In this document: positions 20,701-29,787 of the stretch, in pieces
How positions within the stretch are numbered: position 1 is the stretch's first letter
How the letters are laid out: every line of letters starts with the position of its first letter
Origin: Bacteroidales bacterium
GTDB taxonomy: Bacteria > Bacteroidota > Bacteroidia > Bacteroidales > JAUNSR01
Reading direction: 5' to 3'
DNA length: 64,000 bases
Assembly: GCA_036655355.1 (NCBI GenBank)
Contig: JAVVQG010000015.1
Location: forward strand, 7,406-71,405
Translations under genes and position numbers: made by a program
The notes under the pieces: model-generated
Databases searched by the model: none
Told to the model about the DNA's origin: nothing
What the model saw: the letters and a program-made list of their open reading frames with translations, nothing else

Positions 20701-21195
20701 GGGCGAGCGTTTCATTTCGCGAGCCGCCTCATCCTTCTGATGTAGAAAATAGCAACCCTGCACCGAATAGGGATTATTGGTGTGTACGAAACCGGTGGAG
20801 GAACCTTTGTACTCCCATTTGGTTACGCCCCGTGCATAAAAAAGAATACGACCTTTCCGGCTGTCGCGATACACGGCAACTTCAGGAAGATCGTCTATGT
20901 GAGGATTGGAAAAAGCTTCGTCAAGGAGGTGTCCCCCGAAGCCGAACACGCCCACCCTGTCAGGATCTGAGAATCCCATTTTCTTCAGTTCGGCGTCTGT
21001 TATCTGATAAATGCCGTTCTCTTCGACGGCGATTTTAACCCAATGACCATCGGAGAGAACGGAAGATGCGGCAAAAGTGTGAATAGAAGCTGTATGAATC
21101 GAAGCTGTTACCGCTGCCGCCGATACCCTCGAAAAAGGGAACAGGAGCAGTGCGCAAAGCAACAGCATGCGGAAAATAGCGTGTGTTTTGATCAT
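17731..21195 (-). CDS. porU: T9SS C-terminal signal peptidase PorU (gingipain/C25-like)
   Basis: 1154-aa ORF with a signal peptide, the size and layout of PorU, and the conserved porU-porV adjacency. The many antisense ORFs inside it are shadows. Confidence 0.85.
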   Translation of the reverse strand: MIKTHAIFRMLLLCALLLFPFSRVSAAAVTASIHTASIHTFAASSVLSDGHWVKIAVEENGIYQITDAELKKMGFSDPDRVGVFGFGGHLLDEAFSNPHIDDLPEVAVYRDSRKGRILFYARGVTKWEYKGSSTGFVHTNNPYSVQGCYFLHQKDEAAREMKRSPQGSGAEVDLTAFDDYALHETDLENVGGTGREMYGESFLYTRTRDFKFSLPGITTDPGKLTVNFIAKNSAVSTLTQQINGKEIRSASISAIGSDKYQQAQEMKSITAWTPDGNATTTVRLTYNPGGGTASLAFLNYVRLNMKRSLAPQGNYLLFRSVEAAQKRVRFNLSGVNASMQVWDVTHPTDILQQELSMGNDQTASFVPSLNGLREYALVCTEETFPSVSALGRVNNQNLHALPQTDLVIVVQPGLKSEAERLASYRRERDGLHVTVVHPEAIYNEFSSGTPDATAIRLFMKQFYDRSEQAGTPPRYLLLFGDGSYDNRSMNTALWKPAAVQHNIITYQSELTLNETESYVCDDYFGFLDDGEGGKRDALGYLTLASDKVDVGIGRFPVRTLAQAKTVVDKVIAYSGNKTTGSWKNQITLLGDDGDNNIHMKHADSMATIIQDKGLHQFVFNKIYLDAYKREITSSGTAYPDVRKRFFDQLQAGSLLVNYSGHGATTSLTHEKIFKLSDAESITMKRLPVWVTATCDFSRFDHPETSAGEALLLNPNGGAIAMFTTTRVVYSNGNLRINHHLIENIFTKHADGTRYAIGDIMKIAKCALGTDANKLNFVLLGDPSMKMAYPEQEMELTEINGQPVTGEPVLLKALSRVTMKGRVLKTGSEETDADFTGIVMPTVFDCEETVTAVDNDKTDRPFVFRDRSRRLFAGRDSVRHGEFEFSFIVPKDISYSMESGMVNLYAVDERNNEAQGYFDNYLLGGTEGDVAADTTPPAITALYLNSQFFRNGDVVNPTPYLVAFIADESGINTSGNGIGHDLTATITGNGVTQRYILNDYFVNQTGETGKGSVQFSIPTLPEGAYSLELKVWDVYNNSRSETITFVVKNDVKPELFDLRADRNPAREQVRFLLSHNRPEASLHVRLQVYTQMGQCVWEEQLTGSSEFMSEFPITWNLEARSGGRVQPGIYIYRAAISDNGEHFTTKSRKLIVLGR

Positions 21196-21230
21196 AATAG
21201 AGCGTTATTCCGCAGAGAACGTCGAGCGGA

Positions 21231-21848
21231 TTATTTGACGTGGAAGTCAAGCAGCTTCTGCTCGCTGATAAATCCCTGCAGGTGGTCGTTTATCTTAACC
21301 GGACCCACTCCCGACGGAGTTCCCGTAAAGATCAGATCGCCGATCTTCAACGTGCAGAACTTGCTGACATAGGCGATGATCTTATCCACCGAAAACAACA
21401 AATCCGCGGTATTGCCGCACTGCACGAGCTGATCGTTCAACAACATTTTGAACGGGATATCGTTTATCTTGCCTCCGGCTTCCTCCAGCGAGATAAACTC
21501 TCCCACTACGGCCGAACTGTCGAACCCTTTCGAAATCTCCCAAGGCATTCCCTTCTCACGCAATTCGTTCTGCAGGTCGCGCGCCGTAAAGTCGATTCCC
21601 ACGGTCACCGCATCGTAATAGCGGGGAGCAAATTTCTCAGAGATATTCTTACCCAGCCGACTGATACGTACTACGATTTCCGTTTCATACTCGATTCGAT
21701 CTGAAAAATCAGGCAAGAAGAACGGTTTTCCATCCTTCAAAAGTGCTGTTTCCGGCTTCATGAAGAGCGTCGGATCCTTAGAGATAAACGCTTGATCCAT
21801 CTCTTTATTGTGCTGGGCATAGTTCCAGCCTGTGCAAATAATCTTCAT
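21231..21848 (-). CDS. Fumarylacetoacetate hydrolase (FAH) family protein
   Basis: 205-aa ORF with the typical small FAH-fold sequence (GTPSGVG near the C-terminus). Its ATG overlaps the rex stop (TAATG). Confidence 0.8.
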   Translation of the reverse strand: MKIICTGWNYAQHNKEMDQAFISKDPTLFMKPETALLKDGKPFFLPDFSDRIEYETEIVVRISRLGKNISEKFAPRYYDAVTVGIDFTARDLQNELREKGMPWEISKGFDSSAVVGEFISLEEAGGKINDIPFKMLLNDQLVQCGNTADLLFSVDKIIAYVSKFCTLKIGDLIFTGTPSGVGPVKINDHLQGFISEQKLLDFHVK

Positions 21849-22501
21849 TACTTATTATCCATAAAGTTAAGTCGGTTGAACATCACGGCAAGATGGGCGT
21901 AGATCGAGGTGTTCTGAACCACGATGTGCTTGGGTACCTTGATTCTGAAAGGAGTAAAATTCCATACGGCTTTGATACCGCCCTCAATCATCATGTCGGC
22001 TACCTTTTGCGCCTTATCCACCGGTACGGTAAGTACTCCGATGTTCACCTCAAACTCTTTTCTGTACTTCTCAAAATCACGGATATCATATACCGGAATG
22101 CCGTTGATCACCGTTCCGATCTTATTCGGATCGACGTCAAAGGCCGCTACGATGCATAAACCGAATTGCTCCAGACCATTGTCATGAAGTAACGCGGCAC
22201 CCAGGCTACCTGCCCCCATGATAAATGCCCGATGTCTTTTCTTGAACCCAAGAAAATCTTCCAGAACCTCTACCAGAGAGTTCACCTCATATCCAACGCG
22301 CGTCTTTCCCGAAATATTGATAAAAGAAAGATCTTTCGCAATCTGAGACGCATCCACATTGATCTCTTTCGAAATCTGTGTGGATGAAACGTACTCCTCG
22401 CCCCTGTCTTTCAATAATTTGAGGTATGCCAGATACCAGGGTAACCGTCGAAGGGTTGGTTCGGGAAGTTTGATCATCAATTTTGATATGTCATCGGTCA
22501 T
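21848..22501 (-). CDS. rex: Redox-sensing transcriptional repressor Rex
   Basis: 217-aa ORF with an N-terminal winged-helix region (RLPWYLAYLKLL) and Rossmann motif IMGAGSLGAAL. Confidence 0.9.
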   Translation of the reverse strand: MTDDISKLMIKLPEPTLRRLPWYLAYLKLLKDRGEEYVSSTQISKEINVDASQIAKDLSFINISGKTRVGYEVNSLVEVLEDFLGFKKRHRAFIMGAGSLGAALLHDNGLEQFGLCIVAAFDVDPNKIGTVINGIPVYDIRDFEKYRKEFEVNIGVLTVPVDKAQKVADMMIEGGIKAVWNFTPFRIKVPKHIVVQNTSIYAHLAVMFNRLNFMDNK

Positions 22502-22527
22502 ATTCGTACAATAGTTTGACTTTTATG

Positions 22528-22535
22528 CAAAAATA
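22528..22535 (-). promoter_or_regulatory. Candidate -7 promoter box (TAnnTTTG) for rex
   Basis: Minus strand reads TATTTTTG, about 27 nt upstream of the rex ATG. Confidence 0.45.
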
Positions 22536-22617
22536 GCACTTTTTTCATGTTCAATTTTGTTTGAAGCGCTAATTTTAAAGCGCAGAAGCGGCAACTCACA
22601 TCTAAATAGCCTATTTT

Positions 22618-22962
22618 ATGAAGAATAACGACTGGAAGGAGAGACTAAACGTGGTCTTTTCCACCAACCCCGATTTTAAATACGAGAGTGAAGAGGAAAA
22701 CGAAGTGGTTGATACCCTACCCAATAACAAACAGAACCTGCGCATCGAGCTCGATAAGAGACACCGCAAAGGAAAAGCGGTGACACTCGTGACCGGTTAT
22801 GTGGGCAGCGAAGATGATTTAGGGGTATTGGCCAAGATGCTGAAAACCAAATGCGGTTCGGGCGGCTCTTCCCGATGCGGAGAGATCCTGATTCAGGGCG
22901 ACTTCCGACAGAAAATCCTGGAAATCCTCCAGAAAGAGGGTTACAAGGCGCGCGTCATCTAA
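22618..22962 (+). CDS. yciH: Translation initiation factor SUI1/YciH family protein
   Basis: 114-aa ORF with the SUI1 fold sequence (RKGKAVTLVTG...CGSGGS...ILIQGD). Confidence 0.8.
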   Translation: MKNNDWKERLNVVFSTNPDFKYESEEENEVVDTLPNNKQNLRIELDKRHRKGKAVTLVTGYVGSEDDLGVLAKMLKTKCGSGGSSRCGEILIQGDFRQKILEILQKEGYKARVI

Positions 22963-22978
22963 CACACATCCACAATTT

Positions 22979-25900
22979 ATGCTAACAGTCTATCGTGCTT
23001 CCGCCGGGTCGGGCAAGACCTACCTGCTTACCGGAACTTTCCTGCGAATGCTTTTTACGGAGAACACCACCTTCGATAACATCCTGGCCGTAACCTTTAC
23101 CAATAAGGCTACCGACGAGATGAAACAACGTATCATCGAACAGCTGCACCTGCTCTCTGTTCAACCCGAGAAATCGGGGTACCTGAAGATGCTGACCGAG
23201 CAGTTCGGCATCTCCACGGCACAGGTGCGCGCCAAAGCCAGAAAAGTGCTGATCTCCATTCTGCACGATTTCTCCGGTTTCAACGTAAGCACGATCGACC
23301 GTTTCTTCCAACAGACCACGCGCTCTTTTACCCGAGAGATCGGACTTCAGGGCGGCTACGAAGTGGAACTGGATACAGACAAGGTGCGCAACGAGGCGAT
23401 AGACCGCATGATAGCGGGACTCGCGAATCCCGAAAATAAGAAAACGCTCGATTGGCTGCTCCTTTTCTCCAACGACCGCACCGAAAGCGGTAAAGATTGG
23501 AATACACGCAAGGAACTGCTCTCTCTGTCGCGCGAAATTCTCAAGGAAGACTACAAGAAAAACAGCGAGAAGATCCTGGCCTTTACCGAAAACAAAGAGA
23601 ACCTCGAGGATTTCATCAAGGAGATCAAAGTGCTGATGAACGATTTCGAGGAAGCCTCCAAAGAGATCGGGACAAGTGCCTTGGAGATCATGAAAGCCAA
23701 CGACCTGACACCTACCGACTTCACAGGCGGCTCCCGCTCACAATTCAAATATTTCGAACTCTGGGCCAAAGGTGAAATCAAGCCCCCCACCCCCTCTTTC
23801 CTGAAACTGGAGGAAGGCGTGGAAAACTGGAGCGCCAAAACGACTCCCGCAGGAAAAAAAATGATGATCCAAGGTGCGTTCGATGCCGGATTGAAGGAGT
23901 GCGTGGAGCAGGTCATCTACCTCTACGGAAACCTCTCTCGCATCTACGACAGTGCCAAAGCGACCCTGCGCTACATCTATACCGTGGGAATCCTCAGCGA
24001 TATCGACCGCAACATGCGCGATTACAGTCGCGAGAACAACATCATGCTCATCACCGACACCACCGAATTGCTCCACAAAGTGATCGACGGCAAGGATACC
24101 CCTTTCGTGTATGAGAAAATCGGCACGCGCATCAAACACTTCATGATCGATGAATTTCAGGATACATCGGGCATGCAATGGGACAATTTCAAGCCGCTGA
24201 TCAGCGATTCCATCGCACAGGATTTCTCGAACCTCATCGTGGGCGACGTAAAGCAAAGCATCTACCGTTGGCGAAATTCCGACTGGATGCTGTTACACGA
24301 CGGGATCAGACGTTATGAACCGGAACAACGTGAAGATTGCGTGCTCGACACCAACTGGCGCAGTTGCAAAAACATCGTCGACTTCAACAACACCTTCTTC
24401 ACAATGGCCGCCAACATGCTGCAAGACAAATACAACGCGGCGGTTGACAAGGCGGAAACTTCCGCCCGGATCGGCGAAGAGTACCGCAGCATGATCAGTT
24501 CGGCCTACACGGATATCTACCAGAAGGTTCCGAAAGAGAAACAGGATCAGGCCGGTCACGTGCGCGTGGAATTCATCGACAACGAAAAAGAGGAGAGTTG
24601 GCGAGAAGAGGTGCTCAACCGGCTACCCGATACACTTATCGAACTGCAGAAACAGGGATATCCGCTCAAAGACATCGCCATCCTGGTTCGTACGGGGCGC
24701 GAAGGGGCGGTGATCGCCGACACCCTGCTTACGTATAAGGCGGAACATCCCGAATCGCCCTATCGCTTTGACGTGATTTCGAACGAAGCGTTGTTCATCA
24801 GTCAGGCGCCCGTGATCCGGATGATCATCAGTTTCATGAACTACTTGAACAACCCCTCGTCCGACATCAACAAGGTGATCGCCGCCTACAACCTTTTTAT
24901 GAACGTAGAGGGCAGTTCGGCGGAGAAAGCGTTGGCGGATTACTTCTACGACGAACCGCAGGCACACGCCTATTTCAATAAAATGATCATCGAGGAGTCT
25001 GAGTCACTACGCAAATTGCCGCTGTTCGAGATGAGCGAGAAAATCATCGATCTGGTGATCCGTAGAGACAACCCTTCAGACAAGGTGTATGTACAGGCAT
25101 TCCAAGACTTGGTGGTGGACTTCACCACATCCAATACGGCCGATTTGTCGGCTTTCCTCACCTGGTGGGAAGCTACGGGCGAACGGAAAACCATCTCCAC
25201 GCCCGACTCGCAGGATGCGATCCGTATCCTGACCATCCACAAATCGAAAGGGTTGGGATTCAAAGCGGTCATCGTGCCGTTTGCCGCTTGGGACATTGAC
25301 CACGAAGCGATCAAGGAGAACATCATCTGGTGCGAACCCACGCTCGAGCCTTTCAATAAATTGCCGATGATTCCGGTTCGTTACGGCAGTTCGCTGCTCA
25401 ATACGATTTATGCGGAGAATTACCTGACCGAGATGCGCCAGGCTTTTATCGACAACCTCAACATCGCGTATGTCGCCTTCACCCGAGCTAAAGAGGAACT
25501 GATCGTCTTCGCTCCGAAAGAGAAAAAACCGGAAGATCTGAAACACATCGGATCGGTGCTGTACAGTGCGATGGAATGGAGCCGTCTGCCGGTCGACGAC
25601 CGAGAATACCTGAACCTCTCGGAGCTTTTCGATCCGGAAGAGCAGTGCTTTGAAGCGGGTAACTGGTGGAATGCAGGAGTGGAAAAGGAGAAAGGAATCG
25701 AAGAGATCAGCATGGGCAGATACATTTCCATCGACCCGGGCAGCCGTTTGCAATTGCGTCTGCATGGGAAAGGGTATTTCCAAGACAAGGAGGAGCGATT
25801 GTACGGCAACCTGATGCACGAGATTCTCTCCGCGATCAAATACCCGGAAGACATTGAGGGCGCCGTACGCGAATTCGTACGCAAGGGCAGTTTCCGCGAG

Positions 25901-26239
25901 GAAGAAGCGCCGGAAATCATCAACCGGATCAAATCGCTCGTGAACGCTCCCGCAGTGCATGCCTGGTTTGCCCCCGAAGCGAATGTTTTCAATGAAACGG
26001 AGATCCTCATCGCCGACGGCACCTTTCTGCGCCCCGACCGCGTGGTAATGATCGATGATACGGTGATCGTAATCGATTATAAATTCGGTAAGAAAGAACA
26101 AAAATCTTATATTAGACAAGTAACAGGTTACATGCAGCAACTGTATGCTATGGGATACGAAAAGGTGGAAGGCTACCTTTGGTACGTCGAATTGGATAAG
26201 ACAGTACGAATCGAATCACCACAACTCAGCTTATTCTAA
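22979..26239 (+). CDS. UvrD/AddA-type helicase with C-terminal PD-(D/E)XK nuclease domain
   Basis: 1086-aa ORF with Walker A ASAGSGKTY, the helicase motif FMIDEFQDTS, and a C-terminal nuclease-like motif (DRVVMIDDTVIVIDYKFGK). No AddB-like partner lies in the window. Confidence 0.8.
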   Translation: MLTVYRASAGSGKTYLLTGTFLRMLFTENTTFDNILAVTFTNKATDEMKQRIIEQLHLLSVQPEKSGYLKMLTEQFGISTAQVRAKARKVLISILHDFSGFNVSTIDRFFQQTTRSFTREIGLQGGYEVELDTDKVRNEAIDRMIAGLANPENKKTLDWLLLFSNDRTESGKDWNTRKELLSLSREILKEDYKKNSEKILAFTENKENLEDFIKEIKVLMNDFEEASKEIGTSALEIMKANDLTPTDFTGGSRSQFKYFELWAKGEIKPPTPSFLKLEEGVENWSAKTTPAGKKMMIQGAFDAGLKECVEQVIYLYGNLSRIYDSAKATLRYIYTVGILSDIDRNMRDYSRENNIMLITDTTELLHKVIDGKDTPFVYEKIGTRIKHFMIDEFQDTSGMQWDNFKPLISDSIAQDFSNLIVGDVKQSIYRWRNSDWMLLHDGIRRYEPEQREDCVLDTNWRSCKNIVDFNNTFFTMAANMLQDKYNAAVDKAETSARIGEEYRSMISSAYTDIYQKVPKEKQDQAGHVRVEFIDNEKEESWREEVLNRLPDTLIELQKQGYPLKDIAILVRTGREGAVIADTLLTYKAEHPESPYRFDVISNEALFISQAPVIRMIISFMNYLNNPSSDINKVIAAYNLFMNVEGSSAEKALADYFYDEPQAHAYFNKMIIEESESLRKLPLFEMSEKIIDLVIRRDNPSDKVYVQAFQDLVVDFTTSNTADLSAFLTWWEATGERKTISTPDSQDAIRILTIHKSKGLGFKAVIVPFAAWDIDHEAIKENIIWCEPTLEPFNKLPMIPVRYGSSLLNTIYAENYLTEMRQAFIDNLNIAYVAFTRAKEELIVFAPKEKKPEDLKHIGSVLYSAMEWSRLPVDDREYLNLSELFDPEEQCFEAGNWWNAGVEKEKGIEEISMGRYISIDPGSRLQLRLHGKGYFQDKEERLYGNLMHEILSAIKYPEDIEGAVREFVRKGSFREEEAPEIINRIKSLVNAPAVHAWFAPEANVFNETEILIADGTFLRPDRVVMIDDTVIVIDYKFGKKEQKSYIRQVTGYMQQLYAMGYEKVEGYLWYVELDKTVRIESPQLSLF

Positions 26240-26312
26240 ATTTACACACTCAATTATTTATTCATCATTACAGTTTATTCATTTAACTGTTTACTCAATT
26301 CATTTTTTACCT

Positions 26313-28982
26313 ATGAAAAAACTATTCTCATTTTTCTGGTTCCTCACCATCGCCCTGTTCTCGGTGCACGCGGCACATCAACCCGAATTCTCCACGGCAG
26401 GGTTCTACCAGACCAAAGAGAGCGGCCGTGAGGTATTCTCTTTTAATCCCGGATGGCGGTTCCATAAAGGGGATGTCGCCAATGCCGCAACCGTGGGATT
26501 CGACGACAGCAATTGGGACGTGGTTTCGTTACCGAACGGAATCGAACTGCTTCCCACCGAAGCCAGCGGATGTGTCAACTACCAAGGGGTATCTTGGTAC
26601 AGAAAGCATTTCACACCTGAAAAATCGCTTACCAATAAAAAGCTTTTCCTCCATTTCGAAGCCATCATGGGAAAATCCAAGGTGTTCGTGAATGGAAAAC
26701 AGGTAGCGGAGCATTTCGGCGGTTACCTCCCTTTCTCGGTGGAACTGACCGATGTGATCAATCCGGCGGGAGAGAATGTCATCGCTGTATGGAGCGATAA
26801 CAGCGACGATCCAGCATACGCTCCCGGAAAGCCGCAACACACGCTTGACTTCTCCTATTTCGGAGGGATTTATCGCGATTGCTGGCTGATCGCACACAAC
26901 GACATCTACATCACAGACCCCAACGCCGAAAACGAGATCGCCGGCGGAGGACTTTTCGTGGCATTCGACAACGTTTCGGATCAGTCGGCAGACATCCTGC
27001 TGAAAACCGAAGTACGCAACGCTTCCGGAAAACGATTCAAAGGAGTCGTGGAGTATGAACTGCAAACCAAAGCGGGAGAAACGGTCGCCCTTGTGAATGA
27101 TGTCATTCAGATCGGCAACGGTAAAAAAGGCGTCTCTTCCGACAAGGTAAAAATCAGCAACCCGAAATTGTGGAGTCCCGAATCGCCCGTCCTGTACAAC
27201 CTTTTCGTCCGTATTCGCGACAAAGAAGGGAACATCATCGACGGTTACAGACGTCGCATCGGTATCCGCAGCATCGAATTCAAAGGGGAAGACGGCTTTT
27301 GGCTTAACGGCAAACCGTACGAAAATCCACTTATCGGTGCCAACAGACACCAAGACTTCGCCATTATCGGCAATGCGGTACCCAACTCATTGCATTGGCG
27401 CGATGCGAAAAAATTGCGCGATGCCGGACTGAAGGTGATCCGTAACGCACACTGCCCGCAAGATCCGGCATTCATGGATGCTTGTGACGAATTGGGACTT
27501 TTTGTGATCGTCAACACCCCGGGATGGCAGTTTTGGAATGAAGACCCGATCTTTGCCAAACGAGTTTATCAGGACATCCGAAACATGGTGCGCCGCGACC
27601 GTAACCACCCGAGTGTCTGGTTGTGGGAGCCGATTCTGAATGAAACCTGGTATCCTGCGGACTTCGCGAAGAATGCCCACGATATCGTGATGGCTGAATA
27701 TCCTTATCCTTATTGTTATACGGGATGCGACAACGAGGCGCGCGGAAAAGAGGTTTTCCCGGTGCTGTTCGGTCATCCTGCAGGAGGCGATAAAGATTGG
27801 GCGATGAAACACCTCGATCCGAAAAAGAGCTACTTCACCCGCGAATGGGGAGATAACGTAGACGACTGGAACTCGCACAACTCACCGAGTCGCGTAGCAC
27901 GCAACTGGGGAGAAGAGCCGATGTTGGTACAGACCCGCCATTACGCCAATCCGCCTTACGCCTATAGCAGTTTGCAGACACTGCATGAAACGAATCGTCA
28001 ACACATGGGTGGCTGTTTGTGGCACTCATTCGACCACCAGCGCGGGTACCATCCCGATCCTTTTTACGGAGGGATGATGGATGTATTCCGCCAGCCGAAA
28101 TATTCCTACTACATGTTCATGTCGCAACGTGAAGCGGAAAAAAGCGATCTGATCGCCGATAACGGTCCGATGATCTTTATCGCACATGAAATGACACCTT
28201 TCTCGGGCAAAGACGTTTCCGTCTATTCCAATTGCGAGGAGGTGCGACTAACGGTTAACAAAGAGGGAAAAACCTACCATTATACGAAACCGGCATCGGC
28301 CGATGGAATGCGTTCGCCGATCATCGTATTCGAAGATGCTTTCGACTTCATGACAGACAAGAAAATGTCAATGAATCACGGAAAGCAGAGCGAAGTATTC
28401 CTATTGGCGGAAGGGTTGATCGACGGCAAAGTAGTGGCCACACACAAGGTTGCTCCTGCGCGTCGTCCCGAAAAGATTCTTTTGTGGGCCGACCACGAAG
28501 GGATGAATCCCGAAGCGAACGGAAGCGACGTCGTGACGGTGATCGCCGCAATTGCGGATAAGAACGGAAACATCAAACGCCTAAACAATTACTTCGTCAA
28601 GTTCGAGATTGAAGGGGAAGGAACATTGGTAGCAGACGATCGCACCAATTCCAATCCGGCACCGATTCGCTGGGGCACCGCTCCGGTTTTGGTAAAGACC
28701 ACCACCACTCCGGGCAAGATCCGCGTAAAAGCAAGCGTATTGTTTGAAGGAGCGCAAATGCCGACGGAAACCATCCTTGAATTGGAAACCTCCGCGAGCA
28801 CTTTCCCACTGATCTTCGATCCGCAGGAGAAAGCCGTGGCATCCGGAGCAAAACAAGCTAGCGCTTCGACAAAAAGCGACAGCGAATTGGAGAAAGAGAT
28901 CGCCCGTCTGAAGAAAGAGATCGTAAACCTTCAGTTAAAGGAGGTGGAACGCCAACAGAAAGAGTTCGGCGAACAGAAATAA
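26313..28982 (+). CDS. GH2 family glycoside hydrolase (beta-galactosidase-like) with charged coiled-coil C-terminal tail
   Basis: The track ORF begins at 26145 inside the helicase gene. The ATG at 26313 gives a clean signal peptide MKKLFSFFWFLTIALFSVHAAHQ. The GH2 sugar-binding and TIM regions are present (VIRNAHCPQDPAFMDACDELGLFV). The last ~45 aa are K/E-rich and helical. Confidence 0.8.
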   Translation: MKKLFSFFWFLTIALFSVHAAHQPEFSTAGFYQTKESGREVFSFNPGWRFHKGDVANAATVGFDDSNWDVVSLPNGIELLPTEASGCVNYQGVSWYRKHFTPEKSLTNKKLFLHFEAIMGKSKVFVNGKQVAEHFGGYLPFSVELTDVINPAGENVIAVWSDNSDDPAYAPGKPQHTLDFSYFGGIYRDCWLIAHNDIYITDPNAENEIAGGGLFVAFDNVSDQSADILLKTEVRNASGKRFKGVVEYELQTKAGETVALVNDVIQIGNGKKGVSSDKVKISNPKLWSPESPVLYNLFVRIRDKEGNIIDGYRRRIGIRSIEFKGEDGFWLNGKPYENPLIGANRHQDFAIIGNAVPNSLHWRDAKKLRDAGLKVIRNAHCPQDPAFMDACDELGLFVIVNTPGWQFWNEDPIFAKRVYQDIRNMVRRDRNHPSVWLWEPILNETWYPADFAKNAHDIVMAEYPYPYCYTGCDNEARGKEVFPVLFGHPAGGDKDWAMKHLDPKKSYFTREWGDNVDDWNSHNSPSRVARNWGEEPMLVQTRHYANPPYAYSSLQTLHETNRQHMGGCLWHSFDHQRGYHPDPFYGGMMDVFRQPKYSYYMFMSQREAEKSDLIADNGPMIFIAHEMTPFSGKDVSVYSNCEEVRLTVNKEGKTYHYTKPASADGMRSPIIVFEDAFDFMTDKKMSMNHGKQSEVFLLAEGLIDGKVVATHKVAPARRPEKILLWADHEGMNPEANGSDVVTVIAAIADKNGNIKRLNNYFVKFEIEGEGTLVADDRTNSNPAPIRWGTAPVLVKTTTTPGKIRVKASVLFEGAQMPTETILELETSASTFPLIFDPQEKAVASGAKQASASTKSDSELEKEIARLKKEIVNLQLKEVERQQKEFGEQK

Positions 28983-29008
28983 AAAGGCAATACTAGATTT
29001 ACAAAAAA

Positions 29009-29041
29009 TCCCCCTGAAACGTTTTCAGGGGGATTTTTTTT
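29009..29041 (+). terminator. Intrinsic (potentially bidirectional) terminator after the GH2 gene
   Basis: 11-bp stem tccccctgaaa/tttcaggggga followed by T8. An A-run precedes it. Confidence 0.85.
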
Positions 29042-29149
29042 GAAATAACCGGATTGGTTGTAAAATTAATTTTCAAGGATTTCATCGCCCCAAGCACTCA
29101 ATTTGAATTGGGATGGACTATAACTTAATTCAGATAAACCATAGGGTGC

Positions 29150-29222
29150 GAACCACGGCCGTGGTTCAGTCGAAGCAAGGCCGTGGTTCGACCGAAGCAA
29201 GGCCTTGCTTCGACTGAACCAC
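29150..29222. repeat. Mosaic nested palindrome built from two modules around GGCC cores
   Basis: With A=gaaccac and B=cgaagcaa, it reads as A-GGCC-A', B-GGCC-A', B-GGCC-B', A. It contains a 20-nt perfect inverted repeat (29161..29180 with 29203..29222). Confidence 0.8.
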
Positions 29223-29368
29223 CGTCTTGCTTTTTTTGATATATAGGAGCAGAAAGGAAATTCAAAGGATCGGTTTGGAATTTCATAGGATCAAAACCAC
29301 TACACTCTTCAAAATCAAGCCTTTGTTTTACTCCACCTTCATTAAAATTGCTCCTGAAAGATACTGAT

Positions 29369-29472
29369 TTATTTATTAATAACCCTCAGATTCTTCATAT
29401 ACCCCTTGAAATCACCCGTTTTCTGAAGCGGGAAGACTAGCGTCTGGTTGTAGTTGAATTTCGCTTTTTCCT
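29369..29472 (-). pseudogene. Displaced 3'-terminal fragment (last ~33 codons plus stop) of a GH20 gene; left copy of the island-flanking direct repeat
   Basis: 29370..29472 aligns without gaps to 40544..40646, with 4 mismatches in the first 39 bp and then 64 bp identical. It translates on the minus strand to ...EKAKFNYNQTLVFPLQKTGDFKGYMKNLRVINK*, against ...KVINK* in the intact gene. Confidence 0.85.
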
Positions 29473-29679
29473 ATGTAATAATTATTGATACTATAAAGGC
29501 TTATGAAATCAGCGTAACTAGAAATAAAGATTCCAAAGAAAATACGAGGGAGGGACGTATAAATAACACCATAGAGAACAAACTCTTAAAATAATATATT
29601 ATTCATAACTTAAATGAGTCCTATTTTGAATGATTTTTGCAAAAGCACAAACGAAACCAAAATATTACTTATTTATTTA

Positions 29680-29687
29680 TATTTTTG
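29680..29687 (+). promoter_or_regulatory. Candidate -7 promoter box (TAnnTTTG) for the island operon
   Basis: Reads TATTTTTG, about 100 nt upstream of the ATG at 29788. I saw no clear -33 TTTG. Confidence 0.3.
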
Positions 29688-29787
29688 CAATTATTTAAAA
29701 TACATATTCCAAAAACACATCTCCTCTTATTCCACTATCCAATCAATACAACCATTTATTTTACATCATAATATAAATAAACTATAT

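Noticed and set aside
26145-26312. N-terminal extension of the GH2 ORF that overlaps the helicase 3' end.
   Set aside because: It overlaps the 22979..26239 gene and has no signal peptide. The ATG at 26313 starts a clean signal peptide right after the intergenic gap.
29614-29787. 58-codon N-terminal extension of island gene 1 given by the ORF track.
   Set aside because: The extension is extremely AT-rich and low-complexity (LLIYLYFCNYLKYIF). It contains the likely promoter. The Met at 29788 gives a textbook lipoprotein signal peptide.
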